A program made the position numbers and the translations under genes. From the NCBI RefSeq assembly GCF_006345805.1, contig NC_043003.1, positions 78,492,001-78,556,000 on the forward strand: a DNA stretch of 64,000 nt. Reading direction: 5' to 3'. The stretch comes from Octopus sinensis. Lineage: Eukaryota. Positions 50,770-63,163 of this stretch are shown in pieces. Each line of letters begins with the position of its first letter. Position 1 is the first letter of the stretch. A model generated the notes under the pieces. The model had not been told where the DNA came from. It worked only from the letters and a program-made list of their open reading frames with translations, and ran no database searches.

Positions 50770-51129
50770 TCCTAGAGCAAATGGTGTGCCCAGCCGCGCT
50801 CTGCAGTAACGACTGCGATGGTGTTGCAGCAGAGATTGGCCAGCGACACTCGCTGCATTAATCACTCTCACCTCGCGGGACTCGTTTCTCCGATGGTCCG
50901 CCGTTATCCCTATTCTGTGGAGGAGGTCAGTAGTATGGAGTCCGAAAACACCTGACGTCGGACAGGAAAGTGTGTATATATACAAAGAGTGCGTCAGCTA
51001 TTTGCGAACAAAAACTTTTAATAACCATGAGTAGCATAAACGTAAACCAAATATCCTTTCTTTTTTCAGTCCTTACATGGAAGCTTCGAATCTAATGCAA
51101 ACGATGAAAATGCCTGACATTGCCTCGCC

Positions 51130-51575
51130 TTAACCACCAATTACAAAGATCCTGAGATTGCAGCAACGAGAATCTCGGTAAATCAATAACGATATCAGGT
51201 GCAAATCCTATATTATGTGAAGTCAGTCCATGCCCGATAAGACTAGAGAAAACTGTGCGATCCAGTCGAAGCGATTGCTGAACAAACTCAAGGGGCTCCA
51301 AGACCCCAACATGCTCAAATTCTTCCCAGATAATAAAAGCTTAGCCTAAGATCAAAAAGTTCACAAGGAGAATGACTGATGGCTCTGCACCAGCTCTGAA
51401 ATCTCCACTTTTATGCATACCAAGTTCCCATCATCTGTGATGGTCTCGAGAGGCGTAAGCAATGAAGGCCCTGTCATACCTTCTCATTTTCCCTGAGGGT
51501 CTTAGGATCAATGTGGCAGCCTGCGTCAAGATAATAGAGACGTTTGTAAAATCCTGAGCGATAAGAAAATGAGAT
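51130..51575 (+). mobile_element. Decayed Tc1/mariner transposase, maT/DD37D-like
   Basis: DIRCKSYIM*...KRLLNKLK...FFPDNKS..*DQKVHKEND*WLC...HTKFPSSVMV..VSNEG...GLRIN; no TIR identified. Confidence 0.7.
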
Positions 51576-51684
51576 GACAAAATAATAAATGATTATCATA
51601 TGAAGCTCATATGATACTCGTTTGTCCCTTTGCCATTTCATTTTTTTTTTTTTGTATATATGTGCGCGCGCGTGTAAATTGTAT

Positions 51685-51978
51685 AATGGCCTAGTGGTTA
51701 GGGCAGCGGACTCGCGGTCGTAGGATCGCGGTTTCGATTCCCAGACCGAGCGTTGTGAGTGTTTATTGAGCGAAAACACCTAAAGCTCCACGAGGCTCCG
51801 GCAGGGGGTGGTGGTGACCCCTGCTGTATACTTCGGCCACAACTTTCTCTCACTCTTTCTTCTGTTGGCCTGCTCGCTTAGCCAGCGGGGTGGCGTCGTT
51901 TGAAGGCTAAAACAATGCGAAGCGCATTGTGACCAGCGATGTGTAACAACATCTGATAGCTTGGTCGGTCACGGTGAT
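51685..51978 (+). mobile_element. SINE-C
   Basis: Matches 27889-28200; ends in (TA)n. Confidence 0.9.
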
Positions 51979-52188
51979 ATATATATAAAATATACTGTTC
52001 TGTGATAGAAAATTCAACTAAAAAATGTACTCCATCTGGTGAAAGATAAATATTATTTATTTAAAGGACACTAGATGTCTTTAAGCGCTACTCAGTTTCA
52101 TATGTGGAGAAATATTCTGAAACATATTCATCAAGCAAAAATCACACACACACACACACACACACACCACACACACACACACACACAC

Positions 52189-52222
<34 letters not shown>

Positions 52223-53670
52223 ACACACACACACACACACACTCAAACATATATATTATGCAGTAATTAAATTATATATTTTGCACTTTATTGTGTTTCG
52301 TTATGTGCGTGATGTCTCGGTCTGTGAAAAAAAAATGTCTTGCATGAAACCGGTATAAGGCGCCAAAAGGTTGGGAGACCGCTGGTCTAAACCGATCAAC
52401 ATATATAAGTTTAAAACGAGTTAGCAAATAAGAACGTGTCTACGTGGTCGGTCGACTTACTGGAAATAGCAGCTAAATCTGCATCGTATGAGATCTTTTA
52501 AAAAAAATTACGCAGTGCTGGATGCCGTAGTTAAAATACATTTTCATAGACGTGCTGAATTAGGGCGGAAATAGGATTAAAAAGCAACTATAAGTTTCAT
52601 ATGATGAGGAGGTCTAAAGAAGAGTTTGAATTTGGCAATTATGACAGTAGTAACCTGGGCAGAGTTTATAATTTGCCCCACCAACGCGCACTACCACGAC
52701 AGGAATGTGAGATAAGACTAAAAATAATTCAGATGAGAAAGATGAAACATGAGAATAGCAATAAGCGTGGCTGAAGAAAAGAGAAGTTTCTCGCATGTCA
52801 AACCTATCCAGGAAATTACACACACACACACAAAAAAAAAAAACACACGCGCACACACAAACGCACATACATCACACACACACATACACACTCACATACA
52901 CATACCCATGCACACACGCAAACACATAAATGTATGTATGTATGCATATGTATATATGTATATATATATGTGTGTGTGTGTGTATGTGTGTGTGTGTGTA
53001 TGTATGTCTGTGTGTGTGTGTGTGTGTATGTGTGTGTTTGTATGACTGTATACACTTCTTGATAATGCTGAGATAAAATATCATTTAATAACAAAGTATT
53101 ACAGTAAATATTTCGACTAAACAAAGAAATCCATGGATATAAGGGAAAAAAACAAAATCAAATAAAAAAAACAGAAAGAAACAAAAGACTAACAAAAATA
53201 TCCTGCACTTGTTCATATCCAGAGTATTGTGTGTTTGTGTGTGTGTTTGTGTTTGTGTGTGTGTGTGTGTGTTGTGTTCGCGCACCTGTATATATGTATG
53301 CTTACACATATGTATGTATCTATGTATGTGTATGTATGCATGTGTGTAAGTATGCATGTATATATGTATATGTGCATGTGCATGTATATATATGTATATG
53401 TATGTATGTATGTATGTATGTAAGTGTGCATATATGCATGTATGCATGTTTGCATGTATGATTATGTATGCGTGTATGTTTGTATGTCTGTATGTATTTA
53501 TGCATGAACGCTTTTTCTTTTAGCCTTCTTAATCGCTCAGTCCTTTTCATATTCTCACCTTCTCCTACCACTTTGACAACCACTCTACCCTATTCGAGTG
53601 GATGCTCTATTCTTTGAGATGCGAAATTTTCTCACAGATCAGCTGAAACACATAACAGCCGTGGCGACAC

Positions 53671-54557
53671 CTAACCTTAACCCTAAACCTTAACCCTTAT
53701 CTTAAACCCTAACCTTAAACACAAACCCTAAACACTAACCCTAATCCTAAATCCTTACTACTCTTAAGCCTTAGCCCTAAACCTTAACCCTTATCTTAAA
53801 CCCTAACCTTAAACACAAACCCTAAACACTAACCCTAATCCTAAATCCTTACTACTCTTAAGCCTTAGCCCTAAACCTTAACCCTTATCTTAAACCCTAA
53901 CCTTAAACACAAACCCTAAACACTAACCCTAATCTAATCCTTACTACTCTTAAGCCTTAGCCCTAAACCTAACCCTTATCTTAAACCCTAACCTTAACAC
54001 AAACCCTAAACACTAACCCTAATCCTAAATCCTTACTACTCTTAAGCCTTAGCCCTAAACCTTAACCCTTATCTTAAACCCTAACCTTAAACACAAACCC
54101 TAAACACTAACCCTAATCCTAAATCCTTACTACTCTTAAGCCTTAGCCCTAAACCTTAACCCTTATCTTAAACCTAACCTTAAAACAAACCCTAAACACT
54201 AACCCTAATCCTAAATCCTTACTACTCTTAAGCCTTAGCCCTAAACCTTAACCCTTATCTTAAACCCTAACCTTAAACACAAACCCTAAACACTAACCCT
54301 AATCCTAAATCCTTACTACTCTTAAGCCTTAGCCCTAAACCTTAACCCTTATCTTAAACCCTAACCTTAAACACAAACCCTAAACACTAACCCTAATCCT
54401 AAAACCTTACTAATCTTAAGCCTTAGCCCTAAACCTTAAACTTAAGCCTAATCCTAAGCACTAGCATTAAACCTCAACACTAAACACTAACCAGAAACCT
54501 TAAACCTAACCGGATTCTTAAACCCAAGCCTAACCCTAACCCTAAGTCCTAACCCAG
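53671..54557. repeat. 94-bp tandem satellite of degenerate CCCTAA monomers (about 8 copies plus decayed tail)
   Basis: Unit starts at 53681, 53775, 53869, 53961, 54053, 54147, 54239, 54333 and 54427; four exact CCCTAA per unit. Confidence 0.95.
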
Positions 54558-54654
54558 ATCATATCATTTCACAGAGTAAACTACGAATACTCGAAATCTG
54601 TCAATTAAGGATATACTTATGCCACAAAAGCTGTATTTCAAAAACATTTTAGTC

Positions 54655-55554
54655 TACGAGAGGGTACCCAAAAGAAACCGGAATTTTCCAATATTATTTT
54701 TTTCACTTAGATTTACATGTCTGCACTTCTATCACCTTCAAAGTATTCTCCATCTATAGCAAAGCATCGGTCCAGGCGCGTTTTCCATTATTCGAGGTAG
54801 TCCTGCGAAGTGATGTCTTTTAACGCGTCTGTAATTTTTTTTTTTTTTTCATCTCTTCCACATCTGCAAATTTCATATCACCAGCTTTCATCAGCAGTGA
54901 TGACTTCCGAAAAAATGTCCGGATCAACTTCCAAGTCTTCTTTCAGTTCATGATACGCATTCAGTCGTGACTGCTTTTGATTTTCCGTGAGCAAGCTAGG
55001 CACAAATTTTGCTGCAACTCTTTTAATTCGCAATTGCTCGCTCAAAATTCGTTGGCAGGAGTTCTAGAATACATCAGTCATATCAACAAATCCGACAATT
55101 GTTCAGCGACCGTCCTCCAAGATCAGTTCATGAATTTTCGTGATATTTCATTCGTTCTGGAGGGCGATGGTCGCCTTGAACGAGATTGGTATTCAAACGA
55201 CGTGTGACCATTCCTAAAGCGTGAAAAACCACTCGTAAACTTGTGTTTTGCTCATGGTCCTCGAAAGTTGTTTGAAGCATGACAACTGTTTTGGCCACCG
55301 TTTTCCCCAGCCGAAAACAGAATTTCACGGAATCATACTGTTCCTTCGTTTCAGCCATCGCAAAAATCGACGAACAGGGGAGAAGCACTGCAAAACAAAG
55401 ACGCACCGCGTGGCAGAAAGACGTTAGTCGACAGCGCCGGTCGATAGACTGATGCTTGAGGTCGCATCAAGTGGCTTCTAGCGGCGAAAGTCTGAACTAC
55501 AACTGACTTACCCCACAGGCAACATTTCCGGTTGCTTTTAGGTACATCCTTGTA
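54655..55554 (-). mobile_element. Mariner, internally deleted, both TIRs present
   Basis: TACGAGAGGGTACCCAAAAGAAACCGGAA and the reverse complement TACAAGGATGTACCTAAAAGCAACCGGAA; MAETKEQYDSVKFCFRLGK...AAKFVPSLL...ITADESW. Confidence 0.88.
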
Positions 55555-55559
55555 CATAG

Positions 55560-55800
55560 TTCTTCAGATTTTAGGGCTCATGTTTCCGTGATATACATTT
55601 CGGTTGGGAAAATAAAAGTGTTGTACAATCGCTGTTGGCTGATATCCACATGCTGGAGCGACATGTCTTTGCACATCTTCAAATCTATTTGGAACTAGTT
55701 TCCCTAGGAACAAAAACTCTGAGGTACATTCTACATTAGATTCTTCCAGAATTAACATTTCTTTGGTAGGTGTTACGATCTTGCAGTTCACACCATTTAT
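55560..55800 (-). mobile_element. Possible RTE-like remnant
   Basis: ILEESNVECTSEFLFLGKL resembles the (F/Y)xYLGS segment; very weak. Confidence 0.3.
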
Positions 55801-56009
55801 TTTTTATACCCTCCATTCTTTACATGCTTTCTTTGACTTTTCATTGGATACATTCAATTTCTCAAAAATCATGAATATTGGGATCATGTCGTCTGCATAT
55901 CCAATGTTTATAGTGCAATGAAAGTATTTTATCTGAATATTTCAATGATTTCGTAACAAATTCCATATATGTGTGTGTGTATGCATACACACATGTATGT
56001 GTGTGTAGG

Positions 56010-56508
<499 letters not shown>

Positions 56509-56594
56509 TATAGATAGGTTAAAGTAGAAAAGAAAGGCAAACAATTTTGACCGAGACATTTAATTTATTGTAGCTATATAATGAAAGGTAGAGA

Positions 56595-56940
56595 TAGGCT
56601 CTGCCAGCTGTTTCTGGGATGTTCCAGCTTTTGGAACATCGTGTGGAGCGAAGAATATGTGTGGCCGACTGCCGGAGTATGTCATTTGTTTATCAAATGT
56701 TCAAGACACATTTTGTTTCGGCAACAATGCAGTGTTCTGGTTGACTGAGTGCCGAGGGGACCTCAATTGTTTGTCAACTCCTTTGATCACTTGTTTTTGT
56801 CCAGTGCTCTGGTTGGTTGATTTTCTGAGTCCGTCATTTGTCTTACAAATGTCTTGATCACTCTTGTCAGTCAAAAGCAAGTGAGGTCGTTGATTTAAAG
56901 ACCTACACATACAAAGTAATCTCGGCTTAAAACAGTTCAA
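56595..56940 (-). mobile_element. Probable Penelope-like remnant with a decayed hammerhead
   Basis: Minus strand GATGTTCC-AAAAGCT-GGAACATC-CCA-GAAACAGCTG, upstream CUGAUGA lost; three degenerate ~65-bp repeats upstream. Confidence 0.35.
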
Positions 56941-57039
56941 ATTTTATCGTTCCTGTTGATTGATTTCCTTAAAGTATTGTTGTTTTTTTTTGATGTCAAG
57001 GTCGGCTGAACGTTTCAAAGCATCATTTGTTTCTCTTTT

Positions 57040-57335
57040 TTTTTTTTGGTGTATGGGTGAGTGGGGTCATTTATGATCAAAATCGGACCTTTAATTCGTC
57101 TGCCGAACTGCTAAGTTACAGGGACGCAAGCGGTTATCTCTCTCTTTCACACACACACACACACACATACACGTACACGACGGGGTTCTTTCAGTTTCTG
57201 TCTAAAACATTCACTCACATGGCCTTGGTCAGTCAAGGGCTATAATAGAAGACCCTTGCCCAAGGTCCCTCGCAATGGGACTGAACTCAGAACCATGTTG
57301 AGAAGAAAACTTCTTACTAGACAACCATGCACGTG
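57040..57335 (-). mobile_element. SINE-A, diverged
   Basis: CTGCCGAACTGCTAAGTTAC...CAAGGTCCCTCGCAATGGGACTGAAC. Confidence 0.8.
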
Positions 57336-58083
57336 GCAATGCTTTACATATGCTCAGACACGTTTAGGATCGATGTAGCTGGAAGTGGGTAGCTACCTTT
57401 AAAGATGGATCTTGCTATCTTTAAAGATGGATCCAGATGGTGCGAATAAGCACCTCTTCTACTGGACAAATCTTTTGTGGCACTGAGAAAGGTACGAAAG
57501 CGAGTGTTTGGTAGCATAAAAATCCAAATTGCCCGTTCAAAATCTAATATGCATCTGTTCTGGAATGCAGTAGCTATGAGTGACCTTAGCCTCTCTCTAT
57601 GTCTCTTGGTATCACACAGCAAGCTGGAGTACAACCAATTGTCATATTATCTGCAATGGTTTACCCTGTTCTTCTCGTTTGATTATATCCAGCTGTTTAG
57701 AATATATAGATTAGGACTGGGACCCTCATTGTAAATCACAACAAGAGACCTCCTATATGGAGGTGAGTTTAACCCCAAGGAGCCGACTGAAATAGTTACA
57801 AACACAATTTTAAAACACCATTCTTTTAATTATTGTTGTATTTCGGGACGGTCATTTTTTTTTTCTTTTTGCCTAATAAATACACGAACTATATATTTTT
57901 ACTTCACTCGTTTATTACTGTTCTTATTTTATTATTTTAACTCATGTCCATTGTCCTGAAATTTTTCGTCACACATCTGTGACCTCTTCAGCGATACTTT
58001 TCCTTTTCGTATGTTCTTGCTCCACTTACTCCATTCTGTTCTTCTAAGATGTGCAACCTTATGTGTGCAGGCTTTTGTGCCCT

Positions 58084-58143
<60 letters not shown>

Positions 58144-59656
58144 GTGTGTGCGTGCATGCGTGTGTATGTATGTGTGTATGCTTGTGTGTGTATCATAGTT
58201 TTTAGCAGCAGTGTGGCCTTCCCCTCAGCCTCATCCTCTCACCACATTGTGCTGCTGCTGTCCTAAGACATGGTACGTGTTGTTGAGATTGTTGTTTGTG
58301 TGTATATGGGTTCGCTTCGTACAACAGCTGTATAATCTAAACGGAATTCTTCAAGCAAATATTTCGGTTGGTTGAACAACTAAATAGCCAAGTCGAAACC
58401 TACGGTGACCCGTACACTTGGCTATTATAGTACATTGTAATTTATTTTTAAAGATAATCAATATCATATGATGAAATTCAGAGATTATTAAACCCCAGTA
58501 GAAAGAAGTAAGTATCTACAGATAAATTTTACTTCAAGGATATGAATACCTCTTAAAGGGATGTCAGCACCCAAGCAATAATGAAAATTAGGAATAAATG
58601 TTTTTAATTACAATTAGCTATATCAGTAATATCGTTTAGGCCACCTAACGGCTCCATTGTTTTCCAGCACATTAATACACGCATGCGCAAAAATACATTA
58701 AGTAATAATAAAGCAAAATTACATAAACATAAGTAACGGTTTTTTTAATACATTAGAATGCACAATTTTATTTTATTTTATCTAGTTTCAGCTCACGAGC
58801 TGTGGCCATGCTGGGGCACCGCCATTTGCTGGGGCACTTTTGAATTTAATGCTAAATCTACCAACGATCAATGAACACATTGGCATGTAGTTCCTTTTTC
58901 TATCTAGTTATGACCCTGGCGAAATGTTCAATTAACTATATTCAATATGAATCTTTAATTTAAGGTCTGAAATTTGGGGGTAGGGAGCCAGTTGATTAGC
59001 TGATATGTTTGTCTGTGTTTTTGTTTAGCCCAAAGTTGCCTCTGATGTAGCAGACCCATCGCATAGTTGTCTTTAAAAAATTTTATTTCTTCCTGAAATA
59101 TTGTAAATCTATGTCTTTCTTTTGACGAAAGGGTGTGTTTTAAGAGAGATTTGGCTACTATTTGTAATAGCACAAATTACAACAGAGACACCTCTGTGTG
59201 TGTGCTTTGTTGTGGTGAAAAAAATACTTTTTCTCAAAATATTTTGCACAATAATTTTTAAAGAAATCTGGATATCTTTTTTACTGCTAACCATTCAACT
59301 TCAAATTACCATTGTTAATTATTGGAAGTCAATTAGACTGAGATGTACAAATAGTGTTATCGAGCGAAAATTCAATACAAGGTTTTGAACTCATTATTTT
59401 GTGGTGAGTAGTCCATTACCTTAAATTTGAAGCCATTAACTCTTTGAACATTATTTTACTGGGTTTAGTCTTTCGACTGTCGCCATGATGGGGTATCACC
59501 TTCAAAAATTTAATTGATCATACTGACCTCAGTACATATTTCAAGCGGGCATTTATTTTATAGATCCCTGCTTGATGAACTGCTAACTTTGAGACACAAT
59601 GGGACACAATACTCCATTTAACAACAAATGTAAACACATACACACACACATATTAC

Positions 59657-59805
59657 GTGCAAGAATGACTGTGTGGTTGAGGAGTTTGCTTCCCAACCAC
59701 ATGGTTCCACGTTCAATCCCTCTGCATGGTACCTTGGGCAAGTGTTTTCAACTAGAGCCTTAAACCAACCACAGACTTGTGACTGAATTTGGTAGACGGA
59801 AACTG
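59657..59805 (+). mobile_element. SINE-A head fragment
   Basis: TGACTGTGTGG...GGTTCCACGTTCAATCCC...CCTTGGGCAAGTG. Confidence 0.75.
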
Positions 59806-59814
59806 CAGCGTTGT

Positions 59815-59964
59815 TCATCAGAAAATTATCGAAAAACTTGTTTATAATGAAGAGTTGTTTGCTTCATACGCATCGTATGCCGATTCTGCCCTTAAGAAAG
59901 GAACAAATAATTCAAAGTGGCTGTAGGTCATAACACCCGGGCAACGCCGGGATGCATTGCTAGT
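59815..59964 (+). mobile_element. Helitron-like 3' terminus
   Basis: Hairpin CCCGG-GCAACG-CCGGG (59936-59951), 8 nt, then CTAG followed by T (59960-59964); 5' boundary not identified. Confidence 0.6.
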
Positions 59965-60168
59965 AATTGATATAAAATGGTTAAACAGCCATTTTGTGTG
60001 TGTATGTGGCAACATGTGAAAACACTGGTTCTGACGTGTCTACGGGCTGACGGAGTAAAATGACGGCATAAAATTTCATTGCTACTATCGGAAATTATTG
60101 CTCTGCTTTACAAGTTTTCGCTTTATGAGCGATCTCAGGGAACAAATTAAGTCGTATATCGTAGCATT

Positions 60169-60217
<49 letters not shown>

Positions 60218-60254
60218 ATGTTCACTTATAATAAAGGCAATTTCACATAGCAAA

Positions 60255-60510
<256 letters not shown>

Positions 60511-60659
60511 AAATGATGAAAGTAGTGGGAAGGCAGGAAGATGGCGGTCCCTTCTTTTCAAGAAGTGGCGGCTTATAGCTTCTTGTCTCATCATACCCGC
60601 TTCGACCTCGCGGACCTTAACGTACCCCTTGTACCTAATACAATTTCCATCATTTGATC

Positions 60660-60945
60660 ATTTTTGTCGAGCCACTAATTTACAGAGGCGTAAACACACC
60701 GACACCGGTTGTCTAGCAGACGTGACCCTGGGGAAGAAGCACAAAGGCACACACACACAAGGATATATCTATATATATATCTGACGGTCTTCTTTCAGTT
60801 TCCGCCTACCAAATCCATTCAGAAGACTTTGGTCGGTGTGAAGCTGTAGCAGACGACACATGCCTAAGGTATCTCTCAGTGGGACTGAATTCGGAACCAC
60901 GTGATTAGGGAGCAAACTTCTTATAATACAGCCACGCCTGCGCCT
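60660..60945 (-). mobile_element. SINE-A, diverged
   Basis: CTTTCAGTTTCCGCCTACCAAATCC...ACAGCCACGCCTGCGCCT. Confidence 0.8.
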
Positions 60946-60952
60946 ATAATAT

Positions 60953-61324
60953 ATGCATGTGTATGTGTGTGTGTGTGTGTTATATACAGATACATGTATT
61001 TATATGTATATCTGTGTATGCATGTGTGTATGTTTGTATGAATGTATGTATGTACGAATGTATGTGTGTATGTATGTATGTATGTATGTATGTATGTATG
61101 TATGTATGTGTATGTATGTATGTACGTATGTATGTATGTATGTATGTACATATGTATGTATGCACGGATGTATTATGTATGTATGTATGTATGTATGTAT
61201 GTATGTATGTATGCATGTATGTATGTATGTATGTATGTATGTATGTATGTATGTATGTACGTACGTACGTACATATATATGCACGGATGTATTATGTATG
61301 TATGTATGTACGTAAGTTTGTATG

Positions 61325-61356
<32 letters not shown>

Positions 61357-61655
61357 TGTATGTATGTATGTATGTATGTGTGTATGTATGTATGCACGTA
61401 CGTACATATGTATGTATGCATGGATGTATTATGTATGTATGTACGTAAGTTTGTATGTATGTATGTATGTACTTATGTACGTATGTATGTATGTACGAAT
61501 GTATGTATGTATGTATGTATGTATGTATGTATGTATGTATGTATGTACGTACGATTGTATGTATGTATGTTTGTACGTATGAATGCACTTACGTAGTATC
61601 TATGTATGTACGTAAGTTTGTATGTATATATGTATGCATGTAAGTATGTAAAATT
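60953..61655. repeat. (TATG)n array with internal higher-order duplications
   Basis: Variant motifs GCACGGATGTATT and ACGTAAGTTTG recur within the array. Confidence 0.9.
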
Positions 61656-61989
61656 CCACTAAAAGTCTGTTCTATGTAAGTGACATACGAGACTGCAAGA
61701 ATGCTTTTTATATTTTATTATTTTACTCAACTTTGAGCCGTTGTTAGAGGTGAATGGTATGTGTGGCGTGTTTTGTAATGTGCGGCTTGGTGGCTGGAAG
61801 AAGGTGACTTTTGATTGGAGAGGAACTAGGTGTGAGGGTACAAACTGCACAGTTACGAGTGCTTAAATACGTATAAATACAATAAAATACATATAGACAG
61901 GTAGATGGATACTTTAATGCCTTCGCTGCTCCAGAACAGAAAGAGCATTGCCACCCTCAGGTACCAACAAAGTCGAAGCTCTTATCACA

Positions 61990-62017
61990 TGCACACATGC
62001 ACATGCACACACACACA

Positions 62018-62091
<74 letters not shown>

Positions 62092-62425
62092 GCATGCATA
62101 TACGCACATACACTCATATACGCACGCACACACTCGCTCATGTCGTCACTTTCCAAAAGCGCGCACATTTTTTTATAATTTATATGTTGCCATGTATGTA
62201 GAGCCGAAAGGTATATCCAGATACATCATGAATACATGCCCAAACACAAACCAGCATACATATACACCTCCTTCCATACACACACACATATACGCAAATA
62301 TATATAGATATATATATATATATGTATGTATGTATGTACGAATGGATATATGTATGTATGTATATGTGTATGTATATGTGTATGTGTGTAGGAATGTATA
62401 TATGTATGTATGTATGTGTGTACGA

Positions 62426-62493
<68 letters not shown>

Positions 62494-62495
62494 AT

Positions 62496-62585
<90 letters not shown>

Positions 62586-62859
62586 TATACAGATGCACAT
62601 ATACATATGCTGCTCAGCAATACAACCCGACACACGGACACACGTATACATAAAATTCTGCAGAAAAAAAGCGAAAGAGGAAGAGAACTCTATATTCAGT
62701 GTGTATATTTATATACCATCTAGGCGTCGACGTGCAGCTGTTTTTTTAAGCTAAACATCAAACGCACCAATCTAACCAGTCTCTGAGGGCCTACGAAGGT
62801 CATCGGCGCACGAAACGATTAAACACACAGAGACACACACACAGGCACACACACACACA

Positions 62860-62891
<32 letters not shown>

Positions 62892-63163
62892 TACACACAC
62901 ACACACACTAAGTAAAATGGGGAACTTAAGAGTGTTACTGATGACATTGAAAATAAGGAGAAATTCTATTGAGTCACAAGCGAATAGTTACACAACGCAG
63001 ATATATACATATATACATACATACATACAAACATACATACGTACGTACGTACGTACATACATACGTACATACATACATACATACATACATACATACATAC
63101 ATACATACATACATACATACATGCATACATACATGCATACATACATGCATACACATATGTATA
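61990..63163. repeat. (CA)n/(TA)n/(TATG)n/(CATA)n microsatellite cluster
   Basis: Seen directly; all ORFs here are repeat translations. Confidence 0.9.

Noticed and set aside
53671-54557. True telomere or chromosome end
   Set aside because: Internal position with unique flanks on both sides, and no pure (TTAGGG)n run.
57344-57634. 96-aa minus-strand ORF
   Set aside because: No recognisable domain; possibly an old LINE remnant, but the motifs are too weak to call.
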